Positions 11,645 to 26,010 are shown, counted from the first letter of the stretch. The stretch: 64,000 nt of DNA from Tubiluchus corallicola (GCA_030141605.1 JAQGDQ010000058.1:653852-717851); one strand, 5' to 3'. The notes: generated by a model from the sequence alone, not told the origin. Made by a program: numbers and translations.

Positions 11645-14600
11645 ATGGAATCTGAGTTTCTAAGTGAAGAAAATGAGATACCACGACTCAAGTTATCAAT
11701 AACAAACAGTTCAGAGGAGCAAGATGAACTAGAAAACATAAAGCAACAACCAAAGCGACTCAATGCTCACTCGTTGTCTGTAATCTCAAATGATTCTTTA
11801 GAAAGCTATGGTAAGCTCTGTTGCCTGTTGGTATGAGAAATAAGGTAAAGCCGCATTTCCACTGCACCTACACAGACACAGACTTTTTCTGTATGACTCA
11901 CACGGAAAAGAATTGAAGCAGTAGAGTGCTTTTTAAATCATTGTTTATGTGTTTTTCATTTCCACTGCGTCCGCACGTAAAGCCACATACTTTTTTATTT
12001 ATTTATTAAATATATCCACAACGATCGTTACAGCATAGCACATAAAATAACTTAATAACATATTTATTATTATGTACACAAGATGCCAAGCTGCAAATGA
12101 CCCGTGGGATACTCAAGACGTAATTACTTGTTCAGAGCACTCCAAATGAATGTGGATTGAGTGTAGTAGAAAAGAGCAGTAAAGGAGTAGAGAAGAAATG
12201 TTAAAAGAGAATAGAAAGAAAGAGAAAGATGTGATGGTATCTGCATGAAGTAATGCGAACTATAGAAATGTAAAAATTGACATAGCCAGCAACGCGATGA
12301 ATTCTGACAGGGACAGCAGCATAATTAGTCAAATTGATTTATTCTATATAATTAGAAAAGATTTCACTTTTAGAATTTCTTTTGAAGTTATTTATAGAAT
12401 TTTTTATGTATTCATTGATGTTATTCCATAGTCTGGGGCCAGTGTTAGTGATGAAGTGCCTTGCCGCATCAGTCCTGCAATACTTAATAAGGAATTCGTT
12501 AGATTGTTGAGTAATGTCTTACGTTAATAGATAATAGGTTTAAAAAGAAAGCGGGAAGAAGTTTGTGTTTGGTTTTGTAGATATAAATAGCAGTATTCAG
12601 ATTTATTAGATCATTTAGCACTAGGATAGAATAATTCTTAAAAAGATTAAGACCTACATGTTCACTCTTGTTCAAATTAGTTACCAATCTTATGTACTTA
12701 CATCGTAGAGAGTTTAGTTTAACTAGAGGTGAAGGGTAGGTGTGCCCCCAAAGCATATTACAGTAGATCAAGTATGGCAGTAGTTGACAATTATAAAGTG
12801 TGATAAGATGTTCTTTAGTAAAACAATGTTTAACTCGACTGATTAACCCAATCTTTTTAGCAAGTTTAGAATGAATCATATTTAAGTGCGGCTTCCAATC
12901 TAAGTGTTCATCTAACCTAACATAACACCTAAGAACTTCATTTCGTTTACTTGTTCTACAGCATCACCATCAATTTTTATACTACTGTTCATATTTATAG
13001 GTTTGTTACGAGCTCTGAATAAAATGTATTTAGTTTTAGTTGAATTTAATGCTAATTTATTGATTTTAAACCAGGCTGTAATTTAATAATGTTAGTGTCA
13101 AGTAACTTGCTCTTGATCTTGAAAATACTTATGTCATCAGCAGATTGGAAGACATTTTCATTGTCAGTAATACAGTTTTGTAAGTCATTAATGTATATTA
13201 AAAACAACAGAGGTCCCAAAATAGATCCCTGAGCAAACCATGAGTATGCGACCCCTCTAATGCCACAGTGGAATAACTTATCTAACAGAACATCATGATT
13301 GACTGTATCAGAGGCCTTAGAGAGATCGCAAAAAATGCCAGTGGCAACAGCGTTTTGTTCTAATGAATTAATTACGTTGTTTATTATATCAATTGGGGCT
13401 AACTGTGCAGAACTACCCTTTCTAAAGCCATACTGATGATTATAAAGTACATTATGCAAAGTCAAGTAGTCTAATAATCTTTTATGGACTATTTTTTCTA
13501 ATATTTTAGAGAAAAAAGGTAATAATGATATAGGTCTATAGTTATTAATATCTAAGGAGTCTTTAGCCTTAAACAAAGGAATAATTACTGATTTTTTAAG
13601 TTGATAAGGTAATTTTCCTGCTGTTAATGAGCAATTGATTATATGCGTTAAAGGAGCAGCTAAGTTATCAATTAAATCAATTATGACATTAGGGAGAAAA
13701 TTATCAAAGCCTGCCCCTTTATTACGGTTGAAAGATTTACATGTATATTTTAATTTCTTTATTGTAACAGGACTGAAGAAAAGAGTAGACTGACCAATCA
13801 GAGAGAAATGCTCGTTGAAAGCACAAGCGACAGACTTATTGTCAGTTCCTAGCTTGTTGTTAATTTTAAGAGCATATGAACCAGATTTTCTATTTGACTG
13901 TATAATTCCTTTCATAATAATCCACGTTTTCCTAAAGTTTGTTTTAACATGTTCTAGTTTGTTTCGATAATAATTAGATTTAGAGAATTTTATTATGTTG
14001 CTAGCAAATAAAGCCAGCCAGCCACATTTGCAGCAAGTCACGATGTGTACCTAATTACAACAAACCTTTAATCTGAATATGAGTGAAATTGTGTTATATA
14101 CTAAATTTCCAACCAGGCTAAAAAACTGAAATCAAGTTATCATATTAGTTGAACATATGTATGCCATATTAATCATATAATGGGCAATAATACAGGGCAA
14201 TAATAATAGGAACACTTTTTAATATTTATTTTAGGAATTAAGACGGTAAGTATTAAAACATTATTATAGTGTAATTATCAATTATATAAACTATGGGTAT
14301 ATTAAGATTACCAATTATAGTTACCATGTAGCAATGAAGCCAAATTACTGCGTCAGGTGAGTAATACATATTGCTATACTAAACTGTGTGAATGAAGGCC
14401 GAGAAGCAAGTGGCTGCAAATGATGACCTTGGAAAGGCCTGTATGAATTTAAACTCCTTGAACTAGTCAATAACAATATCAAAGTAAATAATATTCCTGA
14501 TCAACTTCATTGCTGTTGATATCTAAAGTTTTAATTGGATGATCACATAAACTTTAAAAGGGGGATGGGGTTGAGGCATTAGCTATTTCACCAAAAATAA

Positions 14601-17600
14601 GCAGACAAAATTTATGATAAATTTGTGGAGGGGCAAGGCATCTGGTTAGACAACTAAACACAAACATTTAAATTACATAGTCAATTGTTGTTAATGCTTA
14701 ACAAACTTTGAGTTGGGAATGTCATGAGCAGTAGCACTTTCAAACAGAATATAAGATTAACACATACAGAACTACATTCTTTACACATATATTTATGAAA
14801 CAGACTGCATGACCGCGTTAAGCAACTTTGCAGGTCTTTAAGTACAGATGAATATTAAAGGCCAATGGCAGGTTGTCGAATCTTAATGTAATCTACCGGT
14901 TTCTTAATGGGTGGATATTCGTTTTGCACGTAGGCATGCCGGTTTTCGTCACAGATAATTATCTGGCAATTTAAGCATGGTTTCTGTTGGGAGAGGGAAT
15001 ACACTTACTGTTAAATCGCACATGCAGCAAATGCACGTAATTATATTAGTTTTTGACATAATAAAATAAAATATGACATTGATCTAGCTCAATATTCTCT
15101 CAAACGATGTCTAGAAATTTGATGTAAGACATTGTATATCCTCAAAGATGGGAATTTATATTCGGAATAATCCCTCGTGTGCATTGTTAGCGTGTAATTG
15201 TTGACAACAGTCATAGAGATGAACACTTGACAAGTACATTCTTGTACACACACATGCATGTTTGCACCTGCACGCACCTATGCACACGCATTAACATTAA
15301 TGCATACACATCAATTAATGTAATAAGTGAGCATTTATAGTAATAAAGTTAATATTTAAAGTAAATCTTCCGACTTGATTTCAAACAGCTGCATATTCTC
15401 ACTAGCTCGTATGTATATCCTTCCTTGGTTTGTCCAGATGTATTTTTACCCTCTTTCTTTCCTGAACGTCAAACATTTATTTAGCAGACCTTTTCTAGAC
15501 TTCGTGAGACATTCATTAATATGGAATCTTCCGCTAGAGGTGAAACCAATCTGACTAAATTTTGGATGGCTTTTTCGTCTTCTGTAAATAGCGTCTAGGA
15601 CAGACCTCCTGGTGAACTATACTATAATGGGTTCTATACCTTTCTCTGATGGGATACGGTGTGACGCACTGATGTTCGTATCGCTTAGTGGCCATCCCAT
15701 TTCGCTAGCTATGCACTTAATTAAATTGTCAGTATTCTGCCCATTCTGTAATTTAATAGACTGTCTCTACGAATATACTGTTCGAGATTCTCAATTTCTG
15801 CATCTTGGCTAGCTACTTTAGACTCAGTGGTTCTCACTAAGGCTTTAAGGTCCTCTTGTTCAGAATTTTCTAATCTGGCTAAGGCATTGTCATGCTTCAT
15901 ACAAAGATTATCACTTGCACGGATCCGCACTTTACTTGTCCAACCTTTTTTCTGCGTACAGATAAGTGCATTTTCATAATAAAGAAGGAATAAATTGTAC
16001 ACTTTACAGTCACAGATTCTTTACAAGATCTCTGCTAACTCAAATAGCTTTTGAAGTCAGTAGTGAATGTTGAACATTGAGTTTTTGTTATTAATTTTAC
16101 TTCTTTCTAAAGTTTTGGAAATTTAGCTTGGTTTTGTGATTCCTCGTTGAAGGCATTTTTTAAATTTACAGTAAACAATTACACACGCCATACCCTATAA
16201 TTCTTACTGTATTTCAATTTTGTCGTGTTGATCTATTGCTATTGCACAATATTGCACGTTGTCAGATTTACATTGCATAGTTGTACAGTTGCAATGATGA
16301 AAATTATATGCGACAATTATTTCTGTTTCAACAAATCAAAGTGAATATACCCATTCTATTTAAATTCCAAAAATACGGAATGTTGCAAGTTGCATTTTTA
16401 ATTAGGTACGTTTCACAAGGTCCTCAGTTTTTCGTTTCACAACATCTTCTGTTGTTGCGATGTTATATTCGCCTAGCAGTTCACTTTTTTAGAGCTCAAA
16501 AACAATGTAATCGCTTGCTATGTTGCCTATATGCCCTTTTCTTTAACTAACGTAGCAAAATCAAATTATTGTTTCTTCTAGAAAGCCCAAAATTTTGCTG
16601 CATCTATGATATTTTGTGTAGAATGCCACGGAATGAGTGCAAACCCAATGAAAACAACTTTTGTGGACATAAAACATGCGGACAGAGAAGTCTGTGCCAG
16701 TGCGGGCGCAGTGGAAATGCGGCCTAAGTCTTCTTGTAAAATAGTTGCGTAACGATAAAGCCCAATGTTTGATTTTTGCAGCTGTTGAAATGTCATACTA
16801 CCACACATCCTAGTTGTGTAAATATTTTCTCTTCAGTATTGTCTATTTTAAAAGTTTTCTCGATATAGATCATTTGTGTCCTTGCTACACACCACACTGG
16901 AATTTTAATGAGTGTTATTATAGTCTCATTGTTTTATTTTGCTGCGACCTACTATATGTAGATATGGTCCTATAGTAGTCCGTTTTGTAATGCAAGACAT
17001 TGTTTGCTTTTAACCTTTGCAGTAACAATTTGATACCTCAGAGGAACTTAGTACATCAACTGAGGTAGCAATTCTTAGACAAACTTAAGAATTCTTCTTT
17101 TTCGGGACAGACGTAGCATTGAATCTGCACTAACTATCTTATTGTAAGAATATGACAACCTTTTTTCTGTTTTAGGCAGTCAAGGTGATGAAGATATGAA
17201 GAACTCCAATAATGATATAAGAGTTTCAGAAAGTTATGATCGATTCTCCCATGATTCTCTTCAAAGCAGTACAGAACGAGAGACGAAGTTAAACATTCGT
17301 AACGGATTTGCAAAAGAAAGCATTATAGATGGCCCATCTTTTCAAAGAACAGTTCCGTATGATTTGCATTTTGAAGACAGGTATTCGCCAACAACCTTGA
17401 TAATAAAAAACAAGCACTACGAGGAAGAGTTTAAAAAATATGAAGCTTCGGGGAAGTTGACTGCACACGATCTGTCTGCTAAGCAACTGCCTCATCAACA
17501 AACAAGGCAGGCTAAAGACTCATCGCGTATTAAATATGGAATAATCAGCTTGCAAGACTCACAAAATGATGCGATTAAAACACAGTTTGATGTTTATCAA

Positions 17601-20600
17601 AATAGTAACAACAGCAGCACAAACAAATTTAGCCAACTAAAAGTAACTTCAAAAGGACATGTTGGCAAACTGACTGCTCGAGAAAAAATTAAAAGTAAGC
17701 CGCCTTTGCATCCAATTCATCCAGATACTAACTATGTCGAACTAAACAAAATCAACTATTCAAGAACGAACAAGTTTCCAAAAAGCTCATACAGCAAATT
17801 ACATATGCTGAAAAAGAATAAAAACAGTGACCAGAGCACAATTAATGAAGAAAGCAAAAGCAGTGAGCAACAAACAATGTATGACAATAGACAAAATAAA
17901 AGTATAGGCAAAGACACAGCCAAAGCTGAACTACCTGAGAATAAAAGTGAGAGAAGTGATAGTGACAATGAAAGTGTAATATATGCTAGTGCAAGTCAGC
18001 AAAATGACAGTGATAAAGCACAGATAGATGATGTTACTGCTGTAAAACAAATGCTTGACCATGTGGCAAGTGGGCCGGATATTGAGGATCTTTCACAGTT
18101 GTCAAAAAAGGAGCTGCTACACTACATGTACAACCTAAAGCTAAGTTTAAAACAGCTTGTAACAAGACCAGGCCAGCTAAAATCAGAACCCCTTTTGTGG
18201 CAACGGACATATGGTCACCATGGCAACCAGTCAGTTGGACTTTCAGCCCGATCAGAGTCTTGGGTATTTTTTATATTTTTAAGAATTAGTGTAATAAGTA
18301 CAAGCTATACAACCTGTCATGCTGATGGTACATGCTAATGTTAATGGTCCTTTTCACATGTATTATATACATACACACACACACACACACACATACACAC
18401 ACAGTATTAATGTCTTCTCGATAAACATACTTTACTGCATAATTTTAACGCTTTAAATCAAATTACCTTAACTTCTTGTTTTTGAAATGTGGGAAATTCT
18501 CTGAGAGCATTTTGTTGATATATAAAACCTGTGGCCTGACAGTGGAAGTGATGGATTAATCATGTACTAATTATGGCTTGCATGTTTGAAAACTTCCTGT
18601 GGATGAAATGGCACTACATCATCTCAATGATACGCAGCCTGGACTTATTCACTGTCGTATCTCTGGATTTTAATTTTGATTTTTATTTAAAAAACAGGCT
18701 GGAGATAACATTGCTCAACTTGGACAGAAAGAAATGATTCAATTCCCACCCATTGCTGGAGTTATAAAAGCGAGATCAGCTACTGAAAGGTAATCGCACA
18801 TTCCCCTTATCCCAAAAGTGATTACTCACATGGTTTATCGAGGTAGCTTTTAACTGTTTATTAATCGTAGTGTACCAAAAGTCGTAGTAATTAGTTGACT
18901 TAATTTGAACGCATGAACTAAAATACAGCTTCAAGTGGCTGCTAAATCCAGGTTTTCATAGTGCTGCAATTAAATCCAACAGTTGCCAAAACATTCCTGC
19001 AACTGCAATTGTTGTAAATCATTCGTGCAAAGTTCACGCGATTATCGCCATATTTTTTGCGAATTTTGGGCTTTTTCTTCTGCAAAAATCGCGAGAATGT
19101 CGCACAACATAATTGCACATATTTGGCGACTTCTGTGACACTTTTGCGACGAGGCATGACATTCATGCGAGTATATTGCATTCATTTCGTAATAGCTTCA
19201 CGAATTTTTTGCAAAAAGAAGTGTAGGACAACCGAGGTTTGCAAAAATGTTGCCAAAATGTCGAAAAATAGTGACAAAGTAGGCACGACATTCTCAAAAT
19301 CATCAGAAATTGTTTGCCAAGATTTCGCGAATTCTGAAATTGTTGCAAACGTTTGGTGCATGTTGTGACAACTTTACGAAAGTTTGGTAAAGTGGCGAGT
19401 TTTGCGACTCGGGCGACAAACTTTAAACATTTTAGAAACATTTTCCGAAGCTGGTGACCTTTTGGCGACAACAGGGAAAACCCGAGGGCATGTCCAAATA
19501 AAGCAAGCCTCAACAGCTGCTCAGCAACAATGGGATGAGTTGGAGAATCTCATTCAGCTCAATGCAAGAAATATATAGTGACCTGTCCCTATTTATAATC
19601 CAACATTGACCACAATATTTTACCCTCTCCCCCAAGGGAAGGGAGACAGGTCCATGATTCTAACAATTGCAAGTATAGGCAGGTTTTTGTCCTGCAAAAT
19701 GTCAATGTAGATGTTAAGTGATGGATGGCAACTTTTGAGCAATGCCTTGGTATGACCTTTGTTCTCCCTGGGAGTAAGGGAAGGTGGGAGGATCCAAAAT
19801 GATGGGTATAGCTGAAGAATTTGAGTCAGCTCAGTGCGAAGAATTAGATTGACCTGTTAACTATTGGCAACCCAGCTATGACAAAAAACATTTTATCCCC
19901 TCCCTGATCACAGGGAGGGAGAATACAGGATTTGAAAAATGGAAGTGTGCATTGTTTCTTGTTCATCACTTGTTAGTCACTTGTTTCTAGACGTGTAATA
20001 ATTGCTAAGTTGCGATCTGACAAACCACTGCCAGTGACCGTTGTCCAACTGACTGAATCAAAAAGTATAACAGTTCTCGTACATATCTAAGGAAAGCATT
20101 CTTTTGCCAGTTTTATTATAGTTGTTGCAAATCATTTAATTTTGAGCTATATTGCAAAGGTATACTGTTGACACCAGACAGCCAGACTGAAAGATTTAAC
20201 CATCAGTCTTTGTCAATCTATGCTAATCAGAATTTTTTAGAATTCTGCCAAGAAAGGAATTTAGCTATATAGGTCTTTCCTAGTGTTTTCAGTATATATA
20301 TTAGGTACAGTAGCCTGTCTGTATCATGAATTCAAGAAATTAAATGTCTTCAGTAAACCCTTTATTGTGAAAACGAAAGTTCTTGCCAAACTGATTTTTT
20401 GTATGGAACATCCATATTACACCAATCTTTTCATTGTGTATTAATATGAATAATTTACAAGTGCCTCGTCTATTTAATGTTTAATTATTTCATGTTTTCC
20501 TGTCTATTGTTTAAGGGGTGAAATGAGTGGTTATTTAATGAGACTGCGAGAAGCTCGGAGGAGAGTTCAGTGGACGCCTCGTACAATGGAAGATTTCAGG

Positions 20601-22488
20601 TCTATGAATTATAATGTCAAGCTTGGTGGCCTTGGTCCAAATATAAATAAAGAGAAGGTAAAAATAAAGGAAAAGCTACTTGAGGTGCTAACAAATTTCA
20701 AAAATTTAACACATCTGAAGTGAATGAATCACACTATTCTATTGATATTTTTCATTGCCACTTTTTCTCATTTGTCTACTTCATAGCTAACATTATATAT
20801 AGCAGCATTTTTATGAACCACCCTGTACGTTTTGCAGTATGACTATTTTATAGTTATCATGTACATCTTTTTGGAAATGCAAGCAACCAAGCATAAGACA
20901 TACCTACAGAGGACAGACTTTAAGCGCATGTTGTGAATGCAGATTAGTTTCTTAACCTTGACTAACGTAAATTATTTCTATTTAGGTACTATTTTACTTT
21001 GTTAAGAGCAAGTTGTTTCAAACGGTTACTCAGGTCTGCAAGTAATCTGGTCGATTTTTAAGGTCACTAGATCATGAAAGAAAAATGACTTGTCCACTGT
21101 CTGCACTTAGCCTTGAGCAGAGAACTGTTAAATGTAAAGTTCTGTATGAATTAGTTTAATGCTATTGGTTTTAAAAAGTTTACCAGTTTTTAATTCTTCT
21201 TCCTTGACAACAGGAGTCACTATATATTGTTATACTGAAGTGTATGCAGCACCCGTGTTGCCATCTACAAAATTATTATTAATTAAACTAATAAAAAGTA
21301 GTACACATTTACTTATTTAATGGTTTTTAAAAAAATTACCTAACTTCTTGATCATTGTAGTGCTTTGTTTTTTGCATATGTGCTTGTTTATCATCATACC
21401 TATTTGATATTTTGTTTAAGTAAATGCTTTTTCAGCATTATTGATTGTGTTATTTGGGCTATAACTACCATGCCCATTTATTTACATCCTCATTATAATT
21501 GAATGACACTATTATGGATAGTGTGTAATCCTGCAAGGACTTGCAAATGTGTAATCTTGAAACGTGTTTCGTGTTTCTAAGCCTGTTTGTTGCCCTTGTT
21601 GAAATAAATAAATAGAGTTCTTCCATCTTGGTATACTATTTAAGTCCTACTTCCCTATCTGTCTTAAAATTAAAAAAATAACTGAATAGTAGTTTCATGT
21701 GACATATGACATTTGACTGCTAGATTGCGAGATGTGACAGCACCTATTTTTTTTTTTTGAAGTTGGAGAAACTTCAGCAGCAGAAACAGTATGCGAATTG
21801 GGTACACCAGCAAAATAAGGCTAAGCTTCTGGCAAAACTACCTCCTCCATCTCAACCCAGTCCAAAGGACAGAATTGATCCAAATGTCATCAAGAGAAAG
21901 CGGATGGTAAATTTGCAACTAGTTCTGAAATCAAGCAGTTTCAGTTTGCATGAAAACTTGGAAAGTCTGTAGTATTATTTATGAGTTGGTCTGTTATCTA
22001 GCACATGGTTAACTTAGCTAGTATTATTAGATTATTAAACTACCTTTTGTTTTAAATTTTTTTTCATTAATTTTAGGCTCTTGAGTATGCTAAGAATGTG
22101 CCAAGGCCTAGAAGAGTGTCTTTAAATTCAACGACTACATGTGTGGAAAGCCAACCTACTCCTACAGGTATGACAAAAACTTCATAAAAGGAGAGTGGTT
22201 CTTTTTATATAATATTTATTTTTTCATTGCTCATATCTGTTTGACTATTTCTCCCCATTAATTTGTCTGCATGCTGTCAGCCATTTATCTGTCCACTGGT
22301 TTGCGTGTTTGTTCGTGTGTTTTCCATAGCCATCTGTCCCTCTGTCATCTGCTCAAACTGTTCATTCTACTCACTGTCTTCATGGCAAAATATATATTAC
22401 ATATGTACATGTATGTAATTACACACACACACACACACATATATATACAGTACTTAGCAAGCGTGCTTATGTTTTTATTTATATATAT

Positions 22489-22552
<64 letters not shown>

Positions 22553-23422
22553 ATAGATATATAGGTCTATAAATAAGATATCTATATAGATATATATATA
22601 TATATATGTATAATTAAGCCTAAAATTAGCACTGCTTGCCTTTGTACATACAGTGTTCCCTCACTACTTCGCGGTTCGTTTATCGCGGGTTTTCAAAAAT
22701 ATTAATTTAAAATATTTATCGTGGTATTTTCCCTGTTTCACGGGTTTTTGCGGTACTCCGTCTAAAATATTTTTGCACATGCATAGTACGTCTTGTACAG
22801 TAATGTATAGATTTGATGAATTTTGCATAAAAAATCACAAAATGTATAAAAATATATTGAAAATATTAATTCTAACAGACAATTATAAATCATAAAAAAT
22901 TACCATTTACAGTAAATAGTATATTTATTCGGCGGATGAATACACACCAAAGTATAGTGTCCCTACTTCGCGGAAATTCACTTATCACGGGTGGGCCTGG
23001 AACGGAACACCTGCGATAAGTGATGGAACAGTGTATTATGTGCAATGATACTATGTTTATTTGTTTGTTTGTATGCATATGTGCATGCGTGCATATGTGC
23101 TTGCAAGTGTGTTTGTTTGAAATTGATCTTGTAATAACAAAGTCCAGTACGTGTCATTGTTTAATTCAAATTTGAACATCGTCACAAAATAAAGCTTGCA
23201 TGTGTTTTTACTTTAAGTATTACATGTCAACAGCTATTCAATATTTATGGAAGCATTCAATTTATAGGTTTAAATACAAGTCGACGGAGTGATTCCACAA
23301 ACTTGCTGCCTAAAGTTTCTACCTCTTCAGAGAAAACGATTACCAAACTCTCTGAGTTAAAATTGCGACACGAGCGTGACAAGCAAAACGTCCAGCAGAT
23401 CCGAAGTCGTCTTCTAACATGA
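11645..23422 (+). CDS. JHY: Jhy protein homolog (juvenile hydrocephalus / C11orf63), cilia-associated
   Basis: Phase-consistent exons: 11645-11810, 17176-18263, 18698-18789, 20516-20657, 21763-21906, 22077-22167, 23268-23422 (TGA). The C-terminus carries JHY-family motifs: GYLMRL...[48 protein letters not shown]. The N-terminal low-complexity exons are joined on phase alone, and the donors at 18263 and 20657 are weak. Confidence 0.82.
11991..16200 (-). mobile_element. Decayed non-LTR retrotransposon (CR1/L2-group-like LINE) in JHY intron 1, antisense to the gene
   Basis: ORF2 RT fragments at 13052-14041 ([50 protein letters not shown]; YADD degenerated to SADD) and 12499-12879. ORF1-like remnant at ~15360-15900 ([12 protein letters not shown]; FHINECLT...[13 protein letters not shown] with an in-frame stop). 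A-rich 3' tail at ~11991-12010. The 5' boundary is approximate. Confidence 0.9.
12499..14041 (-). pseudogene. Reverse transcriptase (LINE ORF2) pseudogene fragments
   Basis: Two ORF-track fragments with RT motifs, separated by a frameshift and stops, with internal deletions and a mutated catalytic motif. Confidence 0.88.
22415..22612. repeat. (CA)n/(AT)n microsatellite cluster
   Basis: Directly visible dinucleotide runs in the last JHY intron. Confidence 0.95.
22651..23033. mobile_element. Tc1/mariner-pogo (Tigger-like) MITE, complete
   Basis: TIRs cagtgttccctcact / agtgatggaacagtg (13/15 match) with TA on both flanks. Confidence 0.8.
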
Positions 23423-24632
23423 GTGTTGCACACCTTTTGCTTTTGTTCTGCTGATTTGTGATTAGCAGTTTTCTAGCTACATCTAACACTTGTGATAAAA
23501 TCTTGCAATTGACCATGTAATGTTTAATCAAATGTGTAAAGAGATAATGTATGGTAAACATTTCTTGATCTTGTCTCCTTTGTTCCGTATGTTCCTTTCT
23601 GACTTAGGTTTACTATGTGACAGCTACATTAATTAGCTAATTTTTAACCAAGAACATCATAGTCTTAATTATCCATATACTGGTCAGTTTCAGGTTTTCA
23701 TTTCAGTTTGCAGACATTTTACATTTAATTGGCCCTAACTAACACAGGAAATATACTTCAATATTTTACCAGGAAAAAAGATCTCTGATGAAATGAGATA
23801 AAGAAAAAACATTTGTGTATTACAAGTAGTTCTTAATTTATTTCGTAAATGTGTGGGAAAAGTGTATGTTTATTTACAACTATAGTAATATTTGCATTAA
23901 TAACATTGCTTTCATAGAGATTTTTTAATTGTTGTAGCTTGCTGTGCCAAAATATAAATAGCCTTAAATATATAGTGACGATTTTTAATTTGTCTTTAGT
24001 TGCTAGTAGCATTGGTCGATTTCAACCATCCGTCATTCAGCAGTTAACCTTGCTGGCCGCTAACATGTATAATGACCGACTGTCATTCTTGGTGCACAAG
24101 TCATTATCACATTATCTACAGTAAATTAACTAACCATTCACATGCAGCTATAAAACCAGTTAATTAATATCTTTTGATGCGCATTTAATGCTCGCTTTAG
24201 GTGAATTGTCATCAGTTGCCCAAGGGCTGGCAATGGTACCACATATTCCTGCAACATAAGCTTAAATAGAGTAATTCTACAGCCAATAAGCACTCCGGTT
24301 TTAGTGCAATGAATATATATATTAATTATACATTAATTTATAATCATCAAACAATCAAAGAATATTCTTTATGTAGTCTTGAAGCCAACCCAGGTTTTTT
24401 TCTAATTGTCTTCCATCTCCTTGATTATGTGCTTGATATTTGCAATGTCAAATCTCTCTCTCTGAAAACCTCCATTTATTGATAACTGCAAAGTAGGTAT
24501 TCAACTGCAAAAACGTAAGCATTACATCTCATTTTGTGGGTGCCAGGCTTGAGGTGTGATGGTTAGAGCAATTACAGTCACTAGTATGTCTAATCAGCTT
24601 TCGCATGGCCCTGGAAGATCAATTGCTAGATT

Positions 24633-24803
24633 AAACAGTACTTACTTAGCAAAACGTGCATTCTGAGCAAACTATCAGTGCTTTAACTGAGAGCAGCAGA
24701 GAGCATTTCCGATTAAAGTAGTTACTAATCGAAAATGTTCTCTGCTGCTCTCATTGAAAGCACTGATGGTTTGCTCAGAATGCACGTTTTGCTAAGACTG
24801 TTT
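24633..24803. repeat. Long near-perfect inverted repeat (hairpin, ~70-bp arms, ~10-nt loop)
   Basis: cttagcaaaacgtgcattctgagcaaactatcagtgcttt...gagagcagcagagagcatttccgatta / taatcgaaaatgttctctgctgctctca...aaagcactgatggtttgctcagaatgcacgttttgctaag. Confidence 0.95.
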
Positions 24804-26010
24804 TTCATAGCTGCAGAATAGCTGTTTAACGCTCAAGCATCTTATCTATGGAATTTGTGCTAGACAAAGCAATGAAAGTGTAAGAAATGTCTCCGATTTC
24901 ACGCAATAAACCATGCTTCTGAATTTTTACTATCGTAGCAAACACGGTTAAACGCTGTTTATTTCTATTTTCTATGGTTTTAAACGTTTTTACCGAGACG
25001 TGCAATACGCGCCTCTGCGAGCATACACTGTCTTCCTGAGGGAGCAAAGTTTTGAGCGTCTGTGTCAAAATAATGAAATAAGTTGGAGAGTCAAATAAAA
25101 CTAAAACACGTGTAAGCCGACTTCCTTTCTGTTAAATCTATTATAGGATCATATTGTTCAACGTTGCTTAAATAATCCTGTAAGCCCTTCCGCAATGAAA
25201 CCCGTGCTGCCCAGTACAATGGTAAAATGTTAAATAGGCTATTATTGTAAGACGCTACTTGATCATTATACTGATGCTGCAATTTCGGACGCCAGGCTTC
25301 CATGCTGGTTGAAATCACTCCGTGTTGAAATCTACATTCGACAGTCGCGGGTACGTTATTGTTACATTGTGTTAACGCACGTTTCCTAAAAATTCCTTCT
25401 TCTTTAGGCCTATCTATAGGCTAGACGTTAAGAATGGAAATATAAAATAGAACTCGTTCATTATCTTTTACCAATTCTTTTGTACAGTAGGCCCATTTAT
25501 TCTTTGTAGCCTGCAAATAATTATGATAATTATTGGCAAACTTTTATAGGAAAGTTTTCGAATGCAACTGACGCGCTATGATCCGTTTTTAATGCTGAAT
25601 TTGGTCATTGTTAGTCCTGACAGTAAGTATAGGCTAATAATGTTTAAAAAGGATTTTGTTAAAAGTCTGTATTACTTTAATGATTTGCATCGTTCAACGA
25701 CGCCAATAACATTACTTGGGCAAAAGTTAGTAGCAGCAACATTGTCGACGTTTTCTTCTTTTTCTCGAATTGGTTTTTAGGCGCAAGCAAATAATTAATG
25801 CAAATAATTGCTACCAGATTGTCTCAAAAACTGTGTAAAGCGCGGGAAGGCCAAAGTGGAGTAGGATATTTGAAGATGCAGAAAATCGAAAGTGTTGTTG
25901 CAATAATTATTGGATAAATATTAAGCACTTTAAAGTTTATACGGTCAGTGATACATATATAGAACTATAGAATCAATTAATAGGATGAGGTAGGACATCG
26001 AGATCGAGAT

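Larger units (their letters stand above)
11849..16724. mobile_element. PIF/Harbinger-type MITE split by a LINE insertion
   Basis: Left TIR agccgcatttccactgc (11849) and right TIR gcagtggaaatgcggcc (ends 16724). TAA flanks both sides as a 3-bp TSD. Confidence 0.7.

Noticed and set aside
17023-17064. Possible extra small JHY exon (ttgcag...gag|gtag)
   Set aside because: It gives a stop in the phase required by exon 1, and exon 1 joins 17176 in frame without it.
18942-19578. Overlapping ORFs on both strands in a CpG-rich patch with repeated ttttgcga/tcgc units
   Set aside because: Intronic, with no protein motif. It looks like a degenerate repeat element whose ends I could not define.
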